A stretch of 64,000 nucleotides of DNA from Acutalibacteraceae bacterium (GTDB lineage: Bacteria > Bacillota > Clostridia > Oscillospirales > Acutalibacteraceae): assembly GCA_045657845.1 (NCBI GenBank), contig JAZOTY010000139.1, positions 2,830 to 66,829 of the forward strand. Reading direction: 5' to 3'. The notes beneath the pieces are model-generated. The model did not search any database. It was not told the DNA's origin and saw only the letters and a list, made by a program, of their open reading frames with translations. Of the stretch, positions 47,190-54,566 are shown piece by piece; position 1 is the first letter of the stretch, and each line of letters begins with the position of its first letter. Both the position numbers and the translations under genes were made by a program.

Positions 47190-47247
47190 AGAAAAGGCCC
47201 TTGTCAAGACCGGCGGAAGCCGCCGCAGGGTAGCCTTGACAAGGGTC
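47190..47247 (-). terminator. Intrinsic terminator of the trmB / small-membrane-protein operon
   Basis: Arms GGCCCTTGTCAAG (47196-47208) / CTTGACAAGGGTC (47235-47247) enclose the inner hairpin CGGCGG-AAG-CCGCCG. The minus strand continues with CCUUUU. Confidence 0.65.
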
Positions 47248-47276
47248 TTTGAATGCTGTAATCAAGCTTTTTGAAA

Positions 47277-47360
47277 GGGAGAGTGTCAGCCTTTGTAATG
47301 GGAGTGTGGCAGCCTCCGCTGTGGAGACGCAGCCTTTGCAGTGGGAGAATGTCAACCCCG
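47277..47360. repeat. Four degenerate ~22-nt direct repeats (GGGAG-N(3-5)-CAGCC on plus; CUCCC-containing on minus)
   Basis: (G/T)GGAG at 47277, 47300, 47322 and 47343. CAGCC at 47287, 47310 and 47330, and CAACC at 47353. The last unit overlaps the stop codon at 47352-47354. Confidence 0.8.
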
Positions 47361-47699
47361 GAAATAAGGGTTTTCCTGCTTGTTGATCATGTAGCGGCCG
47401 ACCCAGAAGACGATCGCGAAGATCATGAGGCCGAGCAGGAAAAATGCGAACATGGCGCAGACGATCGAATATTTCCCATAGGGGACGAGATCGGTGACGA
47501 TCTGCGCGGACTCCCGCTGCGCGACGGCGAGGGAGTTGTAATAGCCCATCATCAGGAAAAACGTGATGTTCCCGACAAAGCCGGTGATGACGCTGATGAG
47601 CCAGTACAGGTGGCGGAACTGCTTCCAGCCGAGGATGTCCATGGCGACCGACAGGCCGACCAGGAGGATGAACAAAATAATGGGTACTGCGATGGACAT
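47352..47699 (-). CDS. Hypothetical small membrane protein (3-4 TM helices)
   Basis: The ATG at 47699 (AAGGAGGA SD) gives 115 aa, MSIAVPIILFILLVGLSVAMDILGW... It starts 22 nt after the trmB stop. Confidence 0.6.
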   Translation of the reverse strand: MSIAVPIILFILLVGLSVAMDILGWKQFRHLYWLISVITGFVGNITFFLMMGYYNSLAVAQRESAQIVTDLVPYGKYSIVCAMFAFFLLGLMIFAIVFWVGRYMINKQENPYFRG

Positions 47700-47720
47700 T
47701 TCCGTTCCTCCTTGCATTGG

Positions 47721-48398
47721 TTACGACTCCGGCAGGAACGCTTCCAGCCGGTAGATGGGACAGCCCTGGCTTGCGAACCGCTGTTCGTACTCGGTGACGA
47801 TGTTTCCTTCAAAGTCACTGTGGTGCAGGTCCAGAGAGATGTTCTTGAGCTGCCAGCCCGCCTTCGAGAACTCTTCGATCGAATACTCGAAAAAGTGCAT
47901 GTTATCGGTCTTCTGATGGACTTCGGCACCCGCTTCGAGCAGGTCCCGGTAGATCGCCAGAAAGCGTCCGTTGGTGAGCCGGTGGTTCTTGTAACTGCCC
48001 TTCGGATAGGGGCAGGAGAAGTTGAGGTAGATGCCGGCGATGCTGTGGTCCGGCAGGAATTTCTGCAGGTACTCGGCGCCGATGGGGGCGAATTTCACAT
48101 TTGTGAGGCCGTCCCGTTTGGCCCGCTCCGCCGCCATGACGATGACGTCGGAGACCTTTTCGACCGCGATGTAGTTGTACTCCGGGTGGCGTGCCGCCAG
48201 TTCGGCGATGAACTGACCCTTGCCGCAACCGATCTCGAGATAGACCGGGTGGTCGTTCCCGAAGATGGCCCCGTAGTCGAGGTACTCTTTCTTCTGGATG
48301 GCGGTCAGGGCGTTGGGGTCGTCGGTGACGGTGTCGAGCAGATAATCGGCGACCGCTTCGAGCCGCGGCACGAGATTTTTCTTTTTCCGCATGCGCAT
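47721..48398 (-). CDS. trmB: tRNA (guanine46-N7)-methyltransferase
   Basis: 225 aa with the SAM motif VYLEIGCGKGQFIAELA. Confidence 0.9.
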   Translation of the reverse strand: MRMRKKKNLVPRLEAVADYLLDTVTDDPNALTAIQKKEYLDYGAIFGNDHPVYLEIGCGKGQFIAELAARHPEYNYIAVEKVSDVIVMAAERAKRDGLTNVKFAPIGAEYLQKFLPDHSIAGIYLNFSCPYPKGSYKNHRLTNGRFLAIYRDLLEAGAEVHQKTDNMHFFEYSIEEFSKAGWQLKNISLDLHHSDFEGNIVTEYEQRFASQGCPIYRLEAFLPES

Positions 48399-48481
48399 GG
48401 GTCAGACCCCCTCCTTTCCCTGTTTTGTGAAAAGTATTTTAGCATAAACCACGTGGAAATCCAATAACGTGGAAAAAACTC

Positions 48482-48510
48482 TTGCAAAGTGCGTGTATTG
48501 CTGATAATAT
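48482..48510 (+). promoter_or_regulatory. Putative promoter for rplS (~80-nt leader)
   Basis: TTGCAA (48482-48487), N17, TAATAT (48505-48510). The leader might be an L19-type autoregulatory leader, but I cannot verify the fold. Confidence 0.5.
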
Positions 48511-48593
48511 ATTAGGGCATTTAAATCCAAAAGCGGACGGTCCTCTGACGCTCAGCGTGTATGAACGTTCTGATTCTCAAGGAGGAATAACAC

Positions 48594-48935
48594 ATGGACG
48601 CACTGAAAATCATGACCGAAGGTATGGTCAAGGAAGAGCAGCCGGTTCTGAACATCGGTGATACCGTCAGAGTCGACGTTCGCATCAAGGAAGGCAGCAG
48701 AGAAAGGATCCAGGCTTTCGAAGGCACCATCATCGCCAAGAGAGGCTCCGGAGTTTCCGAGACCTTCACCGTTCGCCGTGTTTCTTACGGTGTCGGTGTC
48801 GAGAGAGTGTTCCCGGTCAACTCCCCGAACGTGACCAAAGTCACGGTCGTCCGCTCCGGTAAAGTCCGCAGAGCGAAACTGTATTACCTGCGCGACCGCG
48901 TCGGTAAGGCTGCCAAAGTCAAGGGTACGGTCTGA
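48594..48935 (+). CDS. rplS: 50S ribosomal protein L19
   Basis: 113 aa, [32 protein letters not shown]... Confidence 0.97.
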   Translation: MDALKIMTEGMVKEEQPVLNIGDTVRVDVRIKEGSRERIQAFEGTIIAKRGSGVSETFTVRRVSYGVGVERVFPVNSPNVTKVTVVRSGKVRRAKLYYLRDRVGKAAKVKGTV

Positions 48936-48962
48936 TCCGTCACCCTTCATGGTGAACCAATC

Positions 48963-48998
48963 AGAAGGAGACCTTTCGAGGTCTCCTTCTTTTTATTT
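48963..48998 (+). terminator. Intrinsic terminator after rplS
   Basis: AGAAGGAGACC / GGTCTCCTTCT stem followed by TTTTTATTTT. Confidence 0.85.
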
Positions 48999-49077
48999 TA
49001 TTTATAGTGGATATTAAAGCGTTTTTTTGGTAGAATATCACGGATAATAGATTCCTGTAGAAAAAGGGGGGAAGAGT

Positions 49078-49629
49078 ATGAAGATCCAGTACCGAGCCGT
49101 CGATGTTTCCGGTACCGAGGCGACACCGCATCCCGCGGAAAAATATTTCGACTTCGTCGCGACCGTCGCCGGCGCCATTGCAGCCGTCATGCTCATCCTC
49201 ACGTTCCTGTTCCGGGTCGTCACTGTTGACGGGCACTCCATGGTGCCGAACCTGCAGCACGGCGACCGGCTCATCACGACGGATGTCACCACCCGCTACG
49301 AGCGGGGCGAGATCATCGTCATTTCCAGAGCCGATGACGATCCGCTCGTCAAACGGGTCATCGCCGTCGCCGGCGACACCATCGACTTCCAGAACGGCAG
49401 CGTGTATCTGAACGGTCTGCTGCTCGACGAACCCTACATCGACCAGGAGACCTACGACGTCTCCCCGGGTCCGCCGGACTTCCCGCTCACGGTCCCGCGC
49501 GGCTATGTGTTCGTCATGGGCGACAACCGCGGCAACTCCCTGGACTCCCGCTCCTATGAAGTGGGGCTCGTGGATACTCACCGCATTTTAGGAAAAGTAC
49601 TGGTCCATCTCTCAAATTCGGAGGAATGA
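49078..49629 (+). CDS. lepB: Signal peptidase I
   Basis: 183 aa. N-terminal TM helix, the catalytic Ser box GHSMVPNL, the Lys box KRVIAVAGD, and GDNRGNSLDSR. Confidence 0.9.
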   Translation: MKIQYRAVDVSGTEATPHPAEKYFDFVATVAGAIAAVMLILTFLFRVVTVDGHSMVPNLQHGDRLITTDVTTRYERGEIIVISRADDDPLVKRVIAVAGDTIDFQNGSVYLNGLLLDEPYIDQETYDVSPGPPDFPLTVPRGYVFVMGDNRGNSLDSRSYEVGLVDTHRILGKVLVHLSNSEE

Positions 49630-49632
49630 TAT

Positions 49633-50364
49633 ATGAGTCTGTTCAAGAATAAGAGCCTGGCGGAAGATCTGGCACAGGCGGAAGAAACCTACAGCGAGGC
49701 CGCACAGGCCATCGAAGTGCTGGAAGAGGCGGCCGTCGAGGGCGAACTGAATCTCGACGCGGAACTCGAGAAGATCGAGGCGAAGGCTGCGTCCGACACC
49801 GGGGCCTTCGTGGAGAAGACCTCCCGCCGCAAGGCCGTCGAATTCACCTATGAGTTCGTCAGCGTCCTCATGGTGGCCGCGGTCATGACCGCCATCCTGT
49901 TCACGTTCCTCTACCGGTTCTCCGGCGTCGTGGGCGAGTCCATGGAGCCGACGCTCCACTCGGGCGACTGGGTCTTCCTGTCCCAGATGGAAGACACCGA
50001 CCCGCGCTACGGCGACGTCGTCGTCATCTCGCAGGAGAACGCGTACCACGAGAACATCATCAAGCGCGTCATCGCGACCGAAGGGCAGATCATCGACATC
50101 AACTATGACAACGGTGACGTCATCGTCAACGGTCAGATCCTCGACGAGCCCTACATCAACAACGAGACCATCAACTCCTACGATATGTCCCTGCCCCTGA
50201 TGGTGCCGGAAGGGCACTGCTTCGTCATGGGCGACAACCGTCAGAACTCGATCGACTCCCGTTCGACGGCCATCGGACTCATCGACAACGATTACATCCT
50301 CGGCATCGCCAAACGGGCTTCCACCCCGAACGGCATCGTCGACCTGGAGCTCCCGGAGGGTTAA
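49633..50364 (+). CDS. lepB: Signal peptidase I (second copy, with a ~60-aa acidic N-terminal extension)
   Basis: 243 aa with GESMEPTL, KRVIATEGQ and GDNRQNSIDSRS. Confidence 0.88.
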   Translation: MSLFKNKSLAEDLAQAEETYSEAAQAIEVLEEAAVEGELNLDAELEKIEAKAASDTGAFVEKTSRRKAVEFTYEFVSVLMVAAVMTAILFTFLYRFSGVVGESMEPTLHSGDWVFLSQMEDTDPRYGDVVVISQENAYHENIIKRVIATEGQIIDINYDNGDVIVNGQILDEPYINNETINSYDMSLPLMVPEGHCFVMGDNRQNSIDSRSTAIGLIDNDYILGIAKRASTPNGIVDLELPEG

Positions 50365-51237
50365 ATGCCTGACTTTCAGAAACAGACCGTCCAGTGGTTC
50401 CCGGGCCATATGGCCAAGACCCGCCGGAAGATCAAAGAGAGCCTGCCTCTGGTGGACGCCGTCGTCGAGATCGTCGACGCCCGCATCCCGGAGAGCAGCC
50501 GCAACCCGGAGCTGGACGACATCACGTCCGGCAAACCGAGGATCATCCTTCTCAATAAGTCGGATGTCGCCGACCAGAATGCCACCCGTGCCTGGATGGA
50601 CTACTTCCAGAGCAGGGGTGCTTTCGTCCTGTCGGTCGACTGCCGGACCGGAAAAGGCCTGAACGGCTTCGTACCGCTCGTCCGCAAAGCGCTCGCGGAG
50701 CGCATCGCCCAAAACGAGGCGAAGGGCATGAGCGGCCGCCCGCTGCGGCTCATGGTCGTGGGCATCCCGAACACGGGCAAGTCCTCGTTCATCAACCGCA
50801 TGAGCTCGAAGTCGAAACTGCAGGTCGCGAACCGTCCCGGCGTCACCCGCTCCAACCAGTGGGTCGTCTGCGGAGACGGCATCGAACTCCTCGACACGCC
50901 CGGCGTGCTCTGGCCGAAGTTCGACGACCCGGCCGTGGGCGATAAACTGGCCTTCATCGGGTCCATCAAAAGCGACGTCATGGATGTCGAGACCATCGCG
51001 GTCCGGCTCCTTGCCATCCTGAAGACCGACTACACCGACCGGCTCTGCGAGCGCTACAAGGTCGACGCCTCCGTGGCCGACATGGAACCCTACGAGGTCC
51101 TTGAGGCCATCGGCCGCAAACGGGGCATGCTCCTGCGCGGCAACGAGGTCGACACGGAGCGGGCCGCCAACACTCTGCTGACGGAGTACCGCAGCGGGAA
51201 GCTCGGGAAGATCACGCTCGAGCGGCCGAAAGGATGA
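50365..51237 (+). CDS. rbgA: Ribosome biogenesis GTPase A (YlqF/RbgA)
   Basis: 290 aa circularly permuted GTPase with WFPGHMAKT, DARIP, NKSD and GIPNTGKSS. Confidence 0.92.
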   Translation: MPDFQKQTVQWFPGHMAKTRRKIKESLPLVDAVVEIVDARIPESSRNPELDDITSGKPRIILLNKSDVADQNATRAWMDYFQSRGAFVLSVDCRTGKGLNGFVPLVRKALAERIAQNEAKGMSGRPLRLMVVGIPNTGKSSFINRMSSKSKLQVANRPGVTRSNQWVVCGDGIELLDTPGVLWPKFDDPAVGDKLAFIGSIKSDVMDVETIAVRLLAILKTDYTDRLCERYKVDASVADMEPYEVLEAIGRKRGMLLRGNEVDTERAANTLLTEYRSGKLGKITLERPKG

Positions 51238-51241
51238 CGGC

Positions 51242-51868
51242 ATGGCAAAGGAAAAAACGACACCGACTTACGAGCTCGAAGACAGAGGGAGAGCCGAAGG
51301 GCTCGCCCGCGTCTGCGGCATCGACGAGGCGGGGAGAGGCCCCCTGGCGGGTCCCGTCTTCGCGGCGGCGGTCGTCCTGAAGCCCGGCACCGACATCCCC
51401 GGCCTCAACGACTCCAAAAAGCTCACCGCCAAAAAGCGGGACGAGCTGTTCGACCTCATCCTCGAGGTGGCCGACGACTACTGTGTCGCCTCCGCCACGG
51501 AAAAGGAGATCGATGAACTCAATATCCTGCAGGCCACGTTCCTCGCCATGAACCGGGCGTTCGACGGGCTGCGGGTCAAGCCGGACCTCGCCCTCGTGGA
51601 CGGGAACCGGAACCCCGGCGTGGACGCCGTGGTCGAGACCGTCGTCAAGGGCGACTCCCGGTCCATGTCCATCGCCGCCGCCTCCATCCTCGCGAAGGTC
51701 TCGAGAGACCGGTACATGCTGGAGATCGCGAAGCTCTTCCCGCAGTACCAGTTCGAGAAGCACAAGGGGTACGGCACGAAGCTGCACTATGAGATGCTGC
51801 AGCAGTACGGCGTTTCCGAGGTACATCGCCAAAGCTTTCTCAAAAACCTCGAAGAACACTTTCACTGA
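51242..51868 (+). CDS. rnhB: Ribonuclease HII
   Basis: 208 aa with CGIDEAGRGPLAGPV and DSKKL. Confidence 0.93.
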   Translation: MAKEKTTPTYELEDRGRAEGLARVCGIDEAGRGPLAGPVFAAAVVLKPGTDIPGLNDSKKLTAKKRDELFDLILEVADDYCVASATEKEIDELNILQATFLAMNRAFDGLRVKPDLALVDGNRNPGVDAVVETVVKGDSRSMSIAAASILAKVSRDRYMLEIAKLFPQYQFEKHKGYGTKLHYEMLQQYGVSEVHRQSFLKNLEEHFH

Positions 51869-51889
51869 AGACGAGAGGGGAACGCCGCA

Positions 51890-52270
51890 TTGAACAAAAA
51901 CGGCCTGGGCAACCTCGGAGAGGACTATGCCTGCGAAGTGCTCGAAGGGCTCGGCTACGAAGTCCTCGACCGCAATTTCCGAAGCCGCTTCGGAGAGATC
52001 GACATCATCGCCCGCAAGGAGGGCTTCCTCTGCTTCATCGAGGTGAAGACCCGTTCGGAACGCTCGATGGGCCGTCCGGCGGAAAGTGTCACTCTGTCCA
52101 AACAGCAGAAGATCATCAAGACCACCGAATACTACATCGTCTGCCATCCCTATCTCGTGGAACGGGAAGGGCTGCAGCCCCGCTTCGACTGCATCGAAGT
52201 GTTCGCGAGCAGCGAGGGCAGACCGGTGGCCTATGAATACATCAAGAACGCTTTCACAGCGAATCCATAA
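51890..52270 (+). CDS. yraN: YraN-family endonuclease (UPF0102)
   Basis: 126 aa with a TTG start. GEDYACEVLEGLGYEVLDRNFRSRFGEIDIIA...FIEVKTR. Confidence 0.85.
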   Translation: MNKNGLGNLGEDYACEVLEGLGYEVLDRNFRSRFGEIDIIARKEGFLCFIEVKTRSERSMGRPAESVTLSKQQKIIKTTEYYIVCHPYLVEREGLQPRFDCIEVFASSEGRPVAYEYIKNAFTANP

Positions 52271-52286
52271 CGATAGGAGCGCATCC

Positions 52287-53780
52287 ATGCTTTACACCAG
52301 CACCCGAAACAACACGCTACGCGTCGAGGCCAGTGAGGCCATCACCCGGGGCATCTCGGAGGACGGCGGCCTGTTCGTCCCGGTCGAGATCCCGCAGCTC
52401 TCTCTGCAGGACCTGCAGGAGATGATCCCGATGTCCTACATCGAGCGGGCGAAGAAGGTCCTCTCTCTGTACCTCACGGACTTCACGCCGGAGGAGATCG
52501 ACTCCTGTGTCAGCGGCGCCTACGCCGAAGGCAAATTCGACTCCGACAAAGTGGCGCCCCTCGTCACACTGGACGAGAAGGCGGAAGTCCTCGAACTGTT
52601 CCGCGGCCCGACCTGCGCGTTCAAGGACATGGCGCTCCAGCTGCTGCCTTACCTTCTGACCACCGCGGCGAAGAAGGCGGCTCCCGACAAACAGATCGTC
52701 ATCCTGGTCGCCACGTCCGGAGACACCGGCAAAGCGGCTCTGGAAGGCTTCAAAGACGTGCCCGGCACCCGGATCCTCGTCTTCTATCCGAGGGACGGCG
52801 TCAGCCCCATGCAGAAACTCCAGATGGTCACTCAGGAAGGCGCCAACGTCGGTGTCTGCGCCATCGAGGGCAACTTCGACGATGCCCAGAGCGGCGTCAA
52901 AAAGATCTTCACCGACCAGACCGTCGGCGCGAAGCTCGCGGAGAACGGACTCATGTTCTCCTCCGCGAACTCCATCAACTGGGGCCGTCTCGTGCCGCAG
53001 ATCGTCTACTACTGCAGCGCCTATGCCGACATGCTCGAAAAGGGCAAAGTCGCGCCGGGTGAGGCGATGAACGTCGTCGTCCCCACCGGCAACTTCGGCA
53101 ACATCCTCGCGGCGTACTACGCGAAGCTCATGGGCGTGCCCGTCGGCAAACTCATCTGCGCGTCCAATGCCAACAACGTCCTCACGGACTTCCTGACGAC
53201 CGGTACCTATGACCGGAACCGGACGTTCTATACCACGATGTCGCCGTCCATGGACATCCTCATCTCCAGCAACCTGGAACGCCTTCTGTTCCACCTCTCC
53301 GGGGAAGACGATGCCGCGGTCCGCGACTGGATGGGCAAACTCGCGGAGACCGGCTTCTACACCGTCTCGGACGAAGTCTTCGCCCAGATCAAAGAACATT
53401 TCGCCGCCGGCTGCGCGGACGACGAGACCGTTTCCGGCGTCATCCGGAAGACCTATGAGGAGGACGGTTACCTGTCCGACACCCACACCGGCGTCGCTAT
53501 CACCGTTTACCGCGACTACTGCGCCGCGACCGGGGACGGGACCCCGACGGTCATCGCCGCCACGGCCAGCCCGTACAAGTTCTCGAAGAGCGTCCTGACC
53601 GCCGTCCTGGGTGAGACCCCGGACCTCGACGAGTTCGACATGGCCGGCGCGCTCTCCGACCGGACCGGCGTGAAGATCCCGGCGCCCCTCAGCAACCTGA
53701 AAGACAAGACGGTCCGCTTCACGACGACCTGCGCCGCCGACGACATGGAGCAGCAGGTCTACGACATGCTCGGCATCTGA
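52287..53780 (+). CDS. thrC: Threonine synthase
   Basis: The ATG at 52287 (AGGAG SD) is preferred over the track start 52086. 497 aa, MLYTSTRNNT..., with the PLP-lysine context GPTCAFKDMALQ. Confidence 0.92.
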   Translation: MLYTSTRNNTLRVEASEAITRGISEDGGLFVPVEIPQLSLQDLQEMIPMSYIERAKKVLSLYLTDFTPEEIDSCVSGAYAEGKFDSDKVAPLVTLDEKAEVLELFRGPTCAFKDMALQLLPYLLTTAAKKAAPDKQIVILVATSGDTGKAALEGFKDVPGTRILVFYPRDGVSPMQKLQMVTQEGANVGVCAIEGNFDDAQSGVKKIFTDQTVGAKLAENGLMFSSANSINWGRLVPQIVYYCSAYADMLEKGKVAPGEAMNVVVPTGNFGNILAAYYAKLMGVPVGKLICASNANNVLTDFLTTGTYDRNRTFYTTMSPSMDILISSNLERLLFHLSGEDDAAVRDWMGKLAETGFYTVSDEVFAQIKEHFAAGCADDETVSGVIRKTYEEDGYLSDTHTGVAITVYRDYCAATGDGTPTVIAATASPYKFSKSVLTAVLGETPDLDEFDMAGALSDRTGVKIPAPLSNLKDKTVRFTTTCAADDMEQQVYDMLGI

Positions 53781-53790
53781 GAGGTGTGAC

Positions 53791-54480
53791 ATGGCACTGT
53801 TCGCGATGGGCGACACCCATCTCTCAATGGGCACCGACAAGCCCATGGACAAGTTCCCCGGCTGGGAGAACTACGTCTCCCGCATGGAGGAGAACTGGCG
53901 GAAGCTCGTGGGGCCCGAAGACACGGTCGTCATCCCCGGAGACATCTCCTGGGGCATGACCTTCGACGAGGTGCGGCCGGACTTCGCCTTCCTGAACGAG
54001 CTCCCCGGAACGAAGCTCATCGGCAAGGGCAACCACGACTACTGGTGGTCCACGATGAACAAGATGAACGCGTTCCTCGAGGACGAGGGCTTCGACACCC
54101 TGCGGTTCCTCCACAACAACACGTACGTGGTGGGGGGCTACGCCATCTGCGGTACCCGCGGATGGTTCTTCGACGACGAGACGCCCCACAGCGAGAAGGT
54201 CATCAACCGCGAATGCGGACGCCTCCGCATGGGGATCGACGCCGCGAAAGCCACCGGGAAAGAGCCGCTGGTCTTCCTTCACTACCCGCCGGTGACGACC
54301 GACCGGGAGTGCACTCCGATCATGGATGTGCTCCGCGAGTCCGGCATCTCCGTCTGCTATTATGCCCACCTGCACGGCACCGCCATCTCGCGGGCATTCC
54401 GGGGCGAGAAGGACGGCATCCGCTTCGATCTCGTTTCCGCCGACTCCATGAATTTCTGCCCGCTGCTGATTTCCCGGTAA
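53791..54480 (+). CDS. Metallophosphoesterase
   Basis: 229 aa with motifs GDTH, GDISW and GNHDYWW. Confidence 0.8.
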   Translation: MALFAMGDTHLSMGTDKPMDKFPGWENYVSRMEENWRKLVGPEDTVVIPGDISWGMTFDEVRPDFAFLNELPGTKLIGKGNHDYWWSTMNKMNAFLEDEGFDTLRFLHNNTYVVGGYAICGTRGWFFDDETPHSEKVINRECGRLRMGIDAAKATGKEPLVFLHYPPVTTDRECTPIMDVLRESGISVCYYAHLHGTAISRAFRGEKDGIRFDLVSADSMNFCPLLISR

Positions 54481-54497
54481 AACGGCCGAAAATTTTA

Positions 54498-54526
54498 TGG
54501 AAAATCCTTATTCTATGTGGTATAAT
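54498..54526 (+). promoter_or_regulatory. Putative extended -10 promoter for tig
   Basis: TGGAAA (54498-54503), N17, with TGgTATAAT (54518-54526). Confidence 0.5.
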
Positions 54527-54566
54527 ACGTTAGTTTTTAATAGTACTTGAGAGGAGAACTCCAAAC

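Noticed and set aside
46912-47355. ORFs inside the non-coding island: 46912-47355 (-, 147 aa), 47026-47274 (+, 82 aa, preceded by an AAGAGG that is part of repeat unit 5), 46986-47207 (-), 47039-47233 (+).
   Set aside because: They have no family resemblance, their composition differs from neighbouring genes, and they overlap each other and the repeat/hairpin structure. The apparent SD is a by-product of the GGCGGTAA repeat. Not called as CDS.
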